From contig SLDR01000028.1 of assembly GCA_007125155.1 (NCBI GenBank), positions 1 through 57,120 on the forward strand: a stretch of DNA of 57,120 bases, given 5' to 3'. Under the pieces are notes generated by a model. The model was not told the DNA's origin and ran no database searches. It saw nothing but the letters and a program-made list of their open reading frames with translations. Source of the DNA: Candidatus Campbellbacteria bacterium (lineage in GTDB: Bacteria; Patescibacteriota; Minisyncoccia; Phycocordibacterales; CSBR16-193). The position numbers and the translations under genes are program-made. Positions 28,444-37,978 of the stretch are shown here, piece by piece; positions within the stretch are counted from its first letter, which is position 1, and each line of letters opens with the position of its first letter.

Positions 28444-29529
28444 CTAATAATTGCTTTCATAGTTTGCGACCTTTTGCACCTCATAAGCGTCCGGCGTGGT
28501 AATGAGCGGATATATTTCAATTATAGCAAACATTAAAGCCAATACAACCGGACCAACAATAAATCCTATCGCTCCAAAAAAACTGATCCCGCCCATAACG
28601 GAAAGAAGTACCAAAAAAGGATGTATCTGCATGCGCTGGTCTATTAAAATCGACCCTAAATACTCATCTATGATAATAACGGACATTATACCCCAAGCCA
28701 ATATCCCCACAGCCGACCAAACGAATCCGGTAAAAAAAAGTATCAAGGAGGTGGGGATAATTATCATAAGCGGGCCAACCACGGGAAGCATTGATGTTAC
28801 CGCCGCAATACTCCCCCAAAGTACCGGACTGGGGAGTCCAAAGACAGCGAATCCCGTACCTATGATAAAACCCTGTATGACCCCGACAAGAAGCCTTCCT
28901 CTGACCACGGCGTTGATGGCTTCACCGATCTTGGAAAAAATCGTTTCAGTATAATCTTCTTTCAGAGGGCTAAGTTCCAACAGTTTGTCAACCATCTTCT
29001 TTCCGTCCCTGAAAAGGTAAAACAGCGCCAAAACCAGAAGGAATAAGCCTATCCCAAGCCTCAAGACCCCGGCAAATATTCGGTCAAAGTAATTGACCAC
29101 CGTACTTAGGCCCTGCTGAACCAGATGTTCTATCTCCGTATAACGACGTATTTCAATATCGGCCCCCGGTAAAAGATCCGATATCTTTCTTTCGGCGGAT
29201 ATGATGAATCTGTCGACCGAAACCAAAGCGGCACTACTTTCGATCCCACCTTCATATATACCTCGGGCCTCTTGAAAGATGAGGAACCCTAAAAGTGCAA
29301 CGGGAATGAATATTATAAATAGGACCAGTGCGGTACTGGCAAGGGCCGAAAGGTTATTACTGCCCCTTAAGATCCTTTTTATGAAATTATGCAACGGCAT
29401 AAAAGCAATGACGAAAACTATCGCCAAAAAAATAGAGGCCAGGTAGGTCTTTATAATAAAGAACATCAACACCGTTACCGATAAAGCGAGTACTGCAAAA
29501 AACTTAAGCTGTTCTTTAGCCGCCAACAT
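28444..29529 (-). CDS. AI-2E (PerM/UPF0118) family transporter
   Basis: 361 aa, multi-pass, with ..LPVVGPLMIIIP.. and ..IHPFLVLLSVMGGISFFGAIGFIVGPVV. Confidence 0.7.
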   Translation of the reverse strand: MLAAKEQLKFFAVLALSVTVLMFFIIKTYLASIFLAIVFVIAFMPLHNFIKRILRGSNNLSALASTALVLFIIFIPVALLGFLIFQEARGIYEGGIESSAALVSVDRFIISAERKISDLLPGADIEIRRYTEIEHLVQQGLSTVVNYFDRIFAGVLRLGIGLFLLVLALFYLFRDGKKMVDKLLELSPLKEDYTETIFSKIGEAINAVVRGRLLVGVIQGFIIGTGFAVFGLPSPVLWGSIAAVTSMLPVVGPLMIIIPTSLILFFTGFVWSAVGILAWGIMSVIIIDEYLGSILIDQRMQIHPFLVLLSVMGGISFFGAIGFIVGPVVLALMFAIIEIYPLITTPDAYEVQKVANYESNY

Positions 29530-29556
29530 TAGGATCTAGAAAATATATTATAAGAA

Positions 29557-30234
29557 CTATTGTACCATGTTCCGGGAACGTCTCTGTGTATAAATCAAGA
29601 CGAAAACAAGAAAGGCTGAAAGTAGAAAAAGAAAGGTGTAGGCGACAATTGATTCGATCTCCGCTATTCTATCGGCGTGACGTCGGTAAGTTTCACCAAG
29701 ATACCATCCCAAAGAAGCAAAAAAGCAAGTTCTGATAGAAACACCCGCAAGTGTTATCAGAGTATAAGTTATGAGTCTCATCTTGATAAATCCGCACATT
29801 GAAGCCAGTACGACACTGGGAACCAAAGGGACGATTCTTAAGAAGAACAACGTTCCTTCATCCCAATAAGTTCTCTTCATCCTCCCTCTTAATCTTTCTA
29901 TGTCATCCCACGAAACCCCGAACCATTTCCCCCATTTATTGACGACCCTCTCCCCAAAAAAGTAAAGCGCTCCGTAAAATAGAAAAGAACCGACCGTAAC
30001 ACCGATGGCGTAGGGAATAGCTATCAAAAATACCAATATAAACAAAAAATCATATGAAAAAGGACCTTCCAAAATAAAGAATCCGGCTGATGTCATTATC
30101 ACCGGTGAAGGCAAAGGAGCTATGATCTCTTCCGTGAATGAAGCCAACAAAACACCCCACACTCCGAAAGAATCTATTATCCCCTCCAAATACTCTATTA
30201 TTCCGGCTATCATGGCAACAGTATACACTATCAA
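29557..30234 (-). CDS. DedA/VTT family membrane protein
   Basis: 225 aa. FGVWGVLLASFTEEIIAPLPSPVIM and ..FFLRIVPLVPSVVLASMCGFIKM. The first codon is TTG, so the ATG at 30213 is an alternative start. Confidence 0.7.
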   Translation of the reverse strand: MIVYTVAMIAGIIEYLEGIIDSFGVWGVLLASFTEEIIAPLPSPVIMTSAGFFILEGPFSYDFLFILVFLIAIPYAIGVTVGSFLFYGALYFFGERVVNKWGKWFGVSWDDIERLRGRMKRTYWDEGTLFFLRIVPLVPSVVLASMCGFIKMRLITYTLITLAGVSIRTCFFASLGWYLGETYRRHADRIAEIESIVAYTFLFLLSAFLVFVLIYTQRRSRNMVQ

Positions 30235-30437
30235 GAAAACGACCGAGTAATTCGTATTAACACATTAATGTCCGGGAGGTTACCTCGATCGAAGGGTCCT
30301 TTCTTTTTTCTAAACAGTAAAGATGATCATGGGAATCGGGAGTATCATGTTCCCGATTACCTATCCAAATGATAATGAAGATAAAAGAATTCGGGTCTGA
30401 AGAAGGCCACCGGATGGGGTCATTCCTCCTCCGAACT

Positions 30438-32927
30438 TTATTCACCGCAACATTTCTTTAATTTTTTTCCCGAACCGCAAGGACATGGGTCGTTTCTACC
30501 AACTTTTTCTCCTTTTTCATTCAAGACCTTTTTGGAAACGGAAGGAGTTCCACCTCCGGCGGCGGCCAATATGGATCCGGCCTTATGTATCTCTCTCAAG
30601 TTGGTCCTCTTTTCTTCAAACTTAAAATCCTCACCTGTATGAGGAAGGGTCTTGGCCAGTTCCTCAACAACCGACTCCCTCATTTCCTGAAAAAGACGAA
30701 GGCCTTCCCTCTTGTACTCGACTAAGGGATCTCTTTGCCCGTAAGCACGAAGGTTAACGCTGGAACGAGTATAATTCATAATATCCAGATGCTCCATCCA
30801 CAGCATATCAATGGTCTGTAAGATCATTTCACTAACAGAAGTGTAGAACTTCTCCTCTTCCATATCTTTACGCAAGGACTCGAAAAGCGATCTCTGCTCC
30901 GGCGTCATGTACTCACCGGCTCTTTCAATATAGCTTTCTATTTTATCCTTATCGCCCAATAGGACCTTTCTGCGGTCCTCATAAACTGACTTCCTTTGGT
31001 GATTTAGAACATCATCGTATTTAAGTATCTGCTTACGAGCATCAAAATGAAAACCCTCTATCTTGGCCTGAGCCTTTTCAAGAGAACGCGAAATAAATCG
31101 ATTCTCTATGGGTTGGTCTTCGGGAATATTGAAAGTTCCCATCATGCTTTTTATTGAATCGGAAGCAAAAACACGCATCAAAGTATCCTCCAGGGAAACA
31201 TAAAATCTGGTCTCTCCCGGATCCCCCTGCCGGCCCGACCTACCTCTAAGCTGATCATCTATTCTACGTGCTTCATGACGCTCGGTTCCTATGATAAAAA
31301 GTCCTCCAAGCGATCTCACCTCTTCGTATTCCTTTTTGTCCGCATTAACGCCACCGAGTTTTATGTCCACCCCTCGTCCGGCCATATTGGTTGCGATGGT
31401 AACGGCACCTCTTCTTCCGGCATGAGCGATTATCTCTCCTTCTCTTTCATGATTTTTGGCATTAAGAACTTGATGATCGATTCCTTGCCTGGAGAGATAC
31501 TCCGATAAGACCTCATTCTTTTCGATCGATACCGTTCCTATCAGAACGGGCTGTCCTTTTTTGTTTAGCTCCTTGACCGTATCTGCGACTGCTTTGAATT
31601 TACCCTGCTCGGTCTGAAAAATAAGATCGTTGTTATCGATCCTTTGCGGCGGTTTATTGGTGGGAATTGAAACGGTTGGGAGACCGTAAACTTTAAAAAA
31701 CTCCTCGGCGGAAGTGGTGGCGGTTCCGGTCATACCTGAAAGCTTTGGATACATTCTGAAGTAGTTCTGGTAAGTGACCGAAGCAAATGTACGTGACTCA
31801 CGCTGAACCGCCAGACCTTCCTTGGCTTCAATGGCTTGATGGAGACCTTCCGAAAGACGCTTCCCCCACTGAAGACGTCCTGTGAAAGGGTCAACCAGTA
31901 TAACTTTGCCTTCACGCACAACATAATCAGTGTCTTTTTGAAAAAGCGCCTTGGCGCGAGCGGCGGTTTCAAGATGGTGAACATATTTAATTCCTTTCTC
32001 TGTGTAAATATTATCAACCCCGAGCGCCTTCTCCGCTTTTGATATCCCTTCCTGACTCAAGCTTACGGTTCGACTTTTTTCATCGACCGTATAATCATCT
32101 TCTTCTTTAAGCCGAGCGGCGATACGCGCAAAAGTCCCGTAAAGATCTTCGGCTTCATCTGCCGGTGCGGAAATTATCAAGGGTGTCCTGGCTTCATCTA
32201 TTAAAACCGAATCAACTTCGTCGACTATGGCAAAATTGAATTCTCTTTGACGAAGATTCTCTTGTCTCCTCTCGGTATTGTCACGCAAATAATCGAAACC
32301 GAACTCGTTATCGGTACCGTAGGTAATATCCGCCTCGTAAGCTTCTCTTCTGGTGACCGGTTTTATGAAATCTTCGACCAATTTGAATGATCCTTTTTCA
32401 TCCCTTTCTTCGTCCTTTCCGGCAACAGCACCGCTATCATAAACAAATGATGCGTCATGAGTTATGACCCCGACACTGAGCCCCAAATGATCATATATCT
32501 GCCCCATCCATATAGCATCGCGTCTTGAGAGGTAATCATTTACAGTCACAACGTGAACCCCTTTGCCTGACAGAGCATTCAAATAAACAGGAAGAGTGGC
32601 AACCAATGTTTTTCCTTCACCGGTTCTCATTTCTGTTATGTTTCCTTTATGGATTGATATTCCTCCCAATAATTGAACATCGAAGTGTCTTTGGGAAAGC
32701 GTTCTCTTTGATGTTTCCCTCACGACCGCGAAGGCTTCCGGTAGAAGTTCATCAAGAGTTTCCCTACCGGCCAGTCTTTCCTTGAACTCATCGGTCTTGT
32801 CCCTGATCCCCTTGTCGGAGAGTTTGCTAATTTCAACCTCTAATCGGTTTATCTCATCTACTATAGGTTGATATTTCTTTATAGGTTTTGTGAATTCGTT
32901 TCCGAAAAGTTTTTTAAAAAAATCCAT
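30438..32927 (-). CDS. secA: Preprotein translocase ATPase SecA
   Basis: MDFFKKLFG.., MRTGEGKTLVATL, DEVDSVLIDEARTPLIIS and the C-terminal zinc motif CPCGSGKKLKKCCG. The start is set at the second ATG. Confidence 0.95.
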   Translation of the reverse strand: MDFFKKLFGNEFTKPIKKYQPIVDEINRLEVEISKLSDKGIRDKTDEFKERLAGRETLDELLPEAFAVVRETSKRTLSQRHFDVQLLGGISIHKGNITEMRTGEGKTLVATLPVYLNALSGKGVHVVTVNDYLSRRDAIWMGQIYDHLGLSVGVITHDASFVYDSGAVAGKDEERDEKGSFKLVEDFIKPVTRREAYEADITYGTDNEFGFDYLRDNTERRQENLRQREFNFAIVDEVDSVLIDEARTPLIISAPADEAEDLYGTFARIAARLKEEDDYTVDEKSRTVSLSQEGISKAEKALGVDNIYTEKGIKYVHHLETAARAKALFQKDTDYVVREGKVILVDPFTGRLQWGKRLSEGLHQAIEAKEGLAVQRESRTFASVTYQNYFRMYPKLSGMTGTATTSAEEFFKVYGLPTVSIPTNKPPQRIDNNDLIFQTEQGKFKAVADTVKELNKKGQPVLIGTVSIEKNEVLSEYLSRQGIDHQVLNAKNHEREGEIIAHAGRRGAVTIATNMAGRGVDIKLGGVNADKKEYEEVRSLGGLFIIGTERHEARRIDDQLRGRSGRQGDPGETRFYVSLEDTLMRVFASDSIKSMMGTFNIPEDQPIENRFISRSLEKAQAKIEGFHFDARKQILKYDDVLNHQRKSVYEDRRKVLLGDKDKIESYIERAGEYMTPEQRSLFESLRKDMEEEKFYTSVSEMILQTIDMLWMEHLDIMNYTRSSVNLRAYGQRDPLVEYKREGLRLFQEMRESVVEELAKTLPHTGEDFKFEEKRTNLREIHKAGSILAAAGGGTPSVSKKVLNEKGEKVGRNDPCPCGSGKKLKKCCGE

Positions 32928-32963
32928 AGCACAAGTATACATATTTAGGTATCACTCCACAAG

Positions 32964-32996
32964 AAAAACATCGCCGATCGGGATCGGCGATGTTTC
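32964..32996 (-). terminator. Rho-independent terminator after the lysine-rich protein gene
   Basis: The palindrome is aaacatcgccgatcgggatcggcgatgttt. The minus strand continues with TTTTTCTT. Confidence 0.7.
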
Positions 32997-33027
32997 CAAG
33001 CGCTTTTTTTGTATTGAAAGCGATCTA

Positions 33028-33312
33028 TTATTTTCTGCGTTTGGTCTTTGCGGCGGTCTTCTTTCTTGCCGGAGCTTTCTTTCTGGCGGGAGCTTTCTTC
33101 TTGGCTGCGGTCTTCTTTCTTGCCGGAGCTTTCTTCTTGGCTGCCGTCTTCTTTCTTGCCGGAGCTTTCTTCTTGGCTGCCGTCTTCTTTCTTGCCGGAG
33201 CTTTCTTTCTGGCGGGAGCTTTCTTCTTGGCTGCGGTCTTCTTTCTTGCCGGAGCTTTCTTTCTTGCCGGAGCTTTCTTCTTAGAAGAGGTGGCGCGTTT
33301 TCGAGTGGCCAT
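33028..33312 (-). CDS. Histone H1-like lysine/alanine-rich repeat protein (probable nucleoid protein)
   Basis: 94 aa: MATRKRATSSKKKAPARKKAPARKKTAAKKKAPARKK.. The underlying nucleotide repeat is about 33 nt. A terminator lies downstream. All other frames are open only because of the repeat. Confidence 0.6.
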   Translation of the reverse strand: MATRKRATSSKKKAPARKKAPARKKTAAKKKAPARKKAPARKKTAAKKKAPARKKTAAKKKAPARKKTAAKKKAPARKKAPARKKTAAKTKRRK

Positions 33313-33427
33313 AATACTTTTGAAAGTATTTAAATTTATAAAAAGAATTATTGTACGACCTAACTACATTGTCTTATATATATTTCATTGTGACAATGTC
33401 TTTTGAAAAAAAGTTGTGGACAATTTT

Positions 33428-34480
33428 TTATGACAAAAGTTTTACTTCGTAATCAACTTCAATTCCGGTTGCGTCCTTAACTCCCTTTTTTATCTCTTCA
33501 GCGAAAGCGAATATCTCCTTCTGGGTGGCACCGTTGTAAGCTACCAGTACAAGCGGTTGTGAATCAAAAAGACCGACATTGCCATGTCTTAATCCTCTGA
33601 CCTTCAAAAGTTTATCCAATATCCAGGCCAACGGTACTTTAAAATATCCCGATCCATGGGGATAAAAAGGAATATCCGGAAATTTCATTTTTACCTTCTG
33701 AAGATCATCTGACGACAAGACCGGGTTTTTAAAAAAAGACCCGACACTTCCGGTACCTTCTTCATCGGGAAATTTCTTTGAACGTATGTCCAGTACCATT
33801 TCACGCATACCGGCACCATCTTGGGAATAATTCCCTGACGACATTCTTTCGGAAATATCTTTATAGTCGGAAACAAAATAAGGCCTCTTGGATAACTTCA
33901 TGATCACGGAAGTTATCAAAAAACGTCCGGGCGAATTCTTAAAAATACTTTCTCTGTAGCCGAAAGAACATTCTTCATTTTTAAATACGGTGAACTTTTC
34001 TTCTTTGGCATCATAAACCTCGACTTCAAACACAAGACCGGAGATCTCCACACCGTAAGCGCCGATATTTTGCACCGGAGCGGCGCCGGCCGTACCGGGA
34101 ATACCCGAAAGATTTTCTAAACCATACAGACCGGCGGAAACACTTCTTTCGACCACCTTGTCCCAATCCTCCCCTGCAAAAACTTTCATGAGGATCGAAT
34201 CCTTTTCTTCATTATTGAAACTTATACCGGGAATCTCCATCTTCACCACCATCCCTTGAACCCCTTCATCCGAAACCAAAATATTCGATCCTCCCCCGAT
34301 CGGTATCAAGGGTGTTTTTTTTCTTTTGGCGAACTTTACTATATCTTTTATATCCTCAACTGATGACGCTCGCGCAAAGTAACGAGCGGGCCCGCCGACT
34401 CCCAGAGTGGTAAAAGGTGCCATTATAATATTCTCTTCAATAAGGGACATATGGTGCATCGAAAGAATTAAAAAGCTCAT
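33428..34480 (-). CDS. murB: UDP-N-acetylenolpyruvoylglucosamine reductase
   Basis: 350 aa. FTTLGVGGPARYF, the FAD-binding region IGGGSNILV, and the C-terminal GSVGSFFKNP. Confidence 0.85.
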   Translation of the reverse strand: MSFLILSMHHMSLIEENIIMAPFTTLGVGGPARYFARASSVEDIKDIVKFAKRKKTPLIPIGGGSNILVSDEGVQGMVVKMEIPGISFNNEEKDSILMKVFAGEDWDKVVERSVSAGLYGLENLSGIPGTAGAAPVQNIGAYGVEISGLVFEVEVYDAKEEKFTVFKNEECSFGYRESIFKNSPGRFLITSVIMKLSKRPYFVSDYKDISERMSSGNYSQDGAGMREMVLDIRSKKFPDEEGTGSVGSFFKNPVLSSDDLQKVKMKFPDIPFYPHGSGYFKVPLAWILDKLLKVRGLRHGNVGLFDSQPLVLVAYNGATQKEIFAFAEEIKKGVKDATGIEVDYEVKLLS

Positions 34481-36270
34481 TTATCCCGCTCTTCTTCTAT
34501 TCCCAGGATCTTATTGAGTCGTTCTTCGGGGATCTCGCGTATATTGCTTTCATTGGAGCTTGTTTTACTTTTTTTTATTTTTTCTTTACTTTCCTTTATC
34601 TCTTCTTTATTCGATCTCTCTACTTCACTTTCTATCGTTACATCTTCTTCAGTCTCGATATCAAGCGAAGCACTCTCATCCTTCTTCTCTTTTTTCACAC
34701 CCTTAATGGGACCTCTCTTATTTTTCAAAGCCTCCAACGCTTGCCTCAGCTCCACTTTTGCATCTTTTTCCCGATTGGGGATCTTTTTGATGACCGATCT
34801 CTTTCCGGCCACCGCCTTGCGGATCATTTCCCCGATATCTTCCGTTTCCTCGCTCTCCTTCAATAAAGCGGTACTCGGCATATTCTTTTTGATACCGACT
34901 TTTTTCTTCACCTTGGCGGAAGAACTGACCGAGGTTCTCTTTTTTTCCTCGGACATTTCCGTGGTCTCTTTTTTGTCCTGGTTATACCACACCTTTATAT
35001 GATCTTCGACGGACACCCTGGATCGAGAATAAGTCTGTCTGGAATAATCAACGATCCTCGGTTTAAGGGTGAACTCGGGAGGTTCAATGGGGGGCAAAGT
35101 ACGAGCGGAAAAAGGAGATGAGCTTACGCCGTCTATCATGAGCTTCAGATAAACCTGAGCGAAGCCGAGGTTAACGAGGTCCTCCGCAGTAAACTTGGGA
35201 GCAAATTCCTTCTCCAAAACCTCAGCGTCGTAAGCCCCGACCCGAAAAGAGATCATTGTGCCTACGTTTCCAAAAACGGCATCTTTAACCTCTTCTGCCA
35301 TCTGTTCAATATATTGGTGTGCAAGAGTAAGGTTTAGTTTATATTTTCGAGCCTCAGAAAGTATGTCCGCGAAGGACTCGTTGGCAAAGGACTGGAACTC
35401 ATCGACGTAAAGAAAGAAATTCGGAAGCTTTGCAAGCTCCCTTTCCTCCGTGTCGGCGCGAGACATGGCGGCGAGATAAAGTTTGGTTATGATCATGCTT
35501 CCCAAGAGGTTGGCATTGACCTCCCCTATCCTACCTTTGGAAAGGTTGACAATGAATATCTTTCGCTTGTCCAAAATATCCCTCAGATCGAAACTTGATA
35601 TCGGCTGCCCGATTATGTTCCTTATCAAAGGATTGGAAGTGAACTGCCCAACCTTGTTCTGGATGGCCGGGGTCGCCTCGGCGGCGAACCTGTCGGTGTA
35701 ACGTGCGAACTCCTCTTCCCAAAAAGCTCTTACCGTAGTATCGGTCACATTCTCGACTACTGTTCTTCTATAAGTCTTATCGGAAAACATCCTGTTTATA
35801 CTTAGCAGTGTGGAACCCGGATACTCCAAAAGAGCCAGCAAAGTGTTTCCAAGTATATACTCCATCCTCGCAGACCACGCATCAACCCATATCTTCTTGA
35901 AAGCGCTCATAAGGCCGCTCATTACCAAATGACGCTTGTCATAACCGACATCCTCCATGACATTGAAGGCTATGGGATACTCAACATCAAAAGGGGCGAA
36001 ATATACGACATCCTCTATCCTCTCCTTGGGGATATAATCAAGAAGAAGGTCAGCGCTCTTACCGTGCGGATCGATAAAAGCCAAACCTTCACCGTTCTCG
36101 ATATCCTGAACGGCCATATTCTCAAGAATGGTGGACTTTCCCATTCCCGTCTTCCCAATTATATACATGTGGCGGGATCTATCCTTGGCCTTTATACCAA
36201 AGACCTTTCTTTTACTGCGGGAGTCCGTTTCTCCTATATATGTAACTTTCTCCGGATCAATACTCTTCAT
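34477..36270 (-). CDS. TraD/VirD4-like (type IV coupling protein-like) P-loop ATPase with a Lys/Glu-rich C-terminal tail
   Basis: 597 aa. HMYIIGKTGMGKSTILENM is Walker A, FFLYVDEFQSFA is Walker B, and ARKYKLNLTLAHQY is present. GAGG lies 4 nt upstream of the ATG. The stop overlaps the murB start (ATGA). Confidence 0.6.
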   Translation of the reverse strand: MKSIDPEKVTYIGETDSRSKRKVFGIKAKDRSRHMYIIGKTGMGKSTILENMAVQDIENGEGLAFIDPHGKSADLLLDYIPKERIEDVVYFAPFDVEYPIAFNVMEDVGYDKRHLVMSGLMSAFKKIWVDAWSARMEYILGNTLLALLEYPGSTLLSINRMFSDKTYRRTVVENVTDTTVRAFWEEEFARYTDRFAAEATPAIQNKVGQFTSNPLIRNIIGQPISSFDLRDILDKRKIFIVNLSKGRIGEVNANLLGSMIITKLYLAAMSRADTEERELAKLPNFFLYVDEFQSFANESFADILSEARKYKLNLTLAHQYIEQMAEEVKDAVFGNVGTMISFRVGAYDAEVLEKEFAPKFTAEDLVNLGFAQVYLKLMIDGVSSSPFSARTLPPIEPPEFTLKPRIVDYSRQTYSRSRVSVEDHIKVWYNQDKKETTEMSEEKKRTSVSSSAKVKKKVGIKKNMPSTALLKESEETEDIGEMIRKAVAGKRSVIKKIPNREKDAKVELRQALEALKNKRGPIKGVKKEKKDESASLDIETEEDVTIESEVERSNKEEIKESKEKIKKSKTSSNESNIREIPEERLNKILGIEEERDK

Positions 36271-36319
36271 AAAACCTCAATTATGATCCCATGATAACAC
36301 TTTCGGTCTTTGAACAACA

Positions 36320-37645
36320 CTAAGGAGCCGGTTTCAGAGCACCGGGTGTATATCTGTTCGAAGGGTCCCATAACATCCAAGAATCAAGACCGGCGGAATA
36401 AACCGCTTGTATCTGAAGGCGCACATCTTCGGCCGTATAAGGTCCGCCGTAACGAAAGTCTTGGATCCAAGGACGGATCTTGTTCTTATCGAAAACATCC
36501 TTGGTATATATGGCCGGGGTTGTGGTCCCCACCCTTTCACCTTCGATGGTCTTGATCGTGGTCGTGGCGGCGGTGGTTCTCTCTATGGCATCATCCAAAG
36601 ACCATTTTACGATCTGGTACGGGTATTCGTTCGGATTGCCCAGCCCTTTGAATCCGACGGGGTAATGAGACGGATAGACCATTGGAGAAATAAAATCAAA
36701 GTAAGGCAGAGCTTTCTCCCATATCTGTCCTATACCAAGATCGCTGTAAACAGAGGTCGTCATGCCGAAAAGGTCTGCTGAAGTGACAACGCCCACGTCT
36801 TTCAGCTCTTGATGAAGATAGTGAAAGAACTCTTCAATAACATCGGCTCTCTCTCTTTCTTTGCTATGAGGAAAATAAATATCACCCATCGGACCGTCGG
36901 ACGGGAACCGAATGTAATCAAAATTTATCTCATCAAAACCCAACTCATAAGATTCCTTGGTAAGCTTTATATGATAATCCCAAACTTCCACCGAGGACGG
37001 ATCGGTAAAGCTTATTCCTTTGTTGTCCCTCCATATCACTCTGTCACTTTCACGCAAAACAGCCAGATCCGGTCTTTTCTTTGTCAAAAAATTATCTTGA
37101 AAAACAGATATTCTTCCTATGACATATATTCCTCTTTCGTTAAGTTCATGGACAAATTCCTTCATATCACCTACAGGGCAGTGGGTTGCGTATGCTTTTT
37201 CAAGTTCAGGGTCATTAGACCTGAAAGAGATCATGCCCGTAAAATCCTTAATGTCTATAACTATGGAATTAAGCTCCGTAGTCTCGATAAGTTGAACCAG
37301 TCCGCTTCGCAATGAAGGCGACCCGGCATAACAGCTGGTCATATACAAAGACCTGACCCTCTCAGGTGTTTGCATCCTTATCGGAGAAAGGTGTTCGGTT
37401 TCTTCCTCACCGTCCTCAGGTCGAACCTCAACCTCATCTTCATCATCACGCTCCTCTTCTCTTATTTCTTCATTAGCGTTATCCTCTTTCAGGCCTTCGT
37501 CCTCTTCTTCTTTATCCGTTTGGGTCTCTACGTTCAACGATCCATTATCATTTTTTAAAGCGGAAAAACCGATGACCAGAGATACCGTCAAAAAAAGAGA
37601 CACAAGAAAAAGAGCCGGCAAGATGATCAATAACTTCTTTTTCAT
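36320..37645 (-). CDS. Secreted putative glycoside hydrolase-like TIM-barrel protein (DUF4015-like)
   Basis: 441 aa with an N-terminal TM/signal and an acidic linker. NSIVIDIKDFTGMISF, YVIGRISVFQD and GFDEINFDYIRFPSDG follow. Confidence 0.5.
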   Translation of the reverse strand: MKKKLLIILPALFLVSLFLTVSLVIGFSALKNDNGSLNVETQTDKEEEDEGLKEDNANEEIREEERDDEDEVEVRPEDGEEETEHLSPIRMQTPERVRSLYMTSCYAGSPSLRSGLVQLIETTELNSIVIDIKDFTGMISFRSNDPELEKAYATHCPVGDMKEFVHELNERGIYVIGRISVFQDNFLTKKRPDLAVLRESDRVIWRDNKGISFTDPSSVEVWDYHIKLTKESYELGFDEINFDYIRFPSDGPMGDIYFPHSKERERADVIEEFFHYLHQELKDVGVVTSADLFGMTTSVYSDLGIGQIWEKALPYFDFISPMVYPSHYPVGFKGLGNPNEYPYQIVKWSLDDAIERTTAATTTIKTIEGERVGTTTPAIYTKDVFDKNKIRPWIQDFRYGGPYTAEDVRLQIQAVYSAGLDSWMLWDPSNRYTPGALKPAP

Positions 37646-37668
37646 CTGTTTCTACTTTTTCAAAACAC

Positions 37669-37965
37669 CTAAAAGGACTCCTCCCCCTCGGGAGATCCTT
37701 CTTTTTTCTCCTTATCTGTTTTTTTCAAACCTGACGAACGTTTGACCACCTTGCTTTGTATCCTTTCACCATAGACCTCTGTGTTCACCTCATAATCTCG
37801 AAAAAAGGCGTCCTGGGCACGCATTATGACCGCGTAAAGCTCAATGACCACTATTATTCCTCCAAGTAAAAAGAGAACGTAAGGCTCCCAACCTCTGGGG
37901 AAACCCAAAAGGGGTGTGAGTATTATCAGGATGGCCGTAATTATTATTATACTTGATCTCGACAT
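37669..37965 (-). CDS. Small two-TM membrane protein, unknown function
   Basis: The internal ATG gives MSRSSIIIITAILIILTPLLGF.. The longer ORF from 38052 would overlap murC by 74 nt. Confidence 0.4.
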   Translation of the reverse strand: MSRSSIIIITAILIILTPLLGFPRGWEPYVLFLLGGIIVVIELYAVIMRAQDAFFRDYEVNTEVYGERIQSKVVKRSSGLKKTDKEKKEGSPEGEESF

Positions 37966-37978
37966 GGATATTTGAACA

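Noticed and set aside
30257-30445. A 62-aa ORF between secA and the DedA gene, and a 20-codon ORF preceded by GGAGGAGG
   Set aside because: The longer ORF overlaps the secA stop, has no motifs and is compositionally odd. The short ORF has its SD-like run only 1 nt (a single A) before the ATG. The region probably holds only a weak hairpin (AATCGGGA..TCCCGATT).
32890-33406. Two + strand ORFs (147 and 138 aa), plus other frames, across the 33-nt repeat
   Set aside because: They are open only because the nucleotide repeat has no stops in any frame. Their products are poly-(LSCRSF) or poly-(AGAFFL). The minus-strand Lys/Ala product has a downstream terminator and a known type of counterpart.
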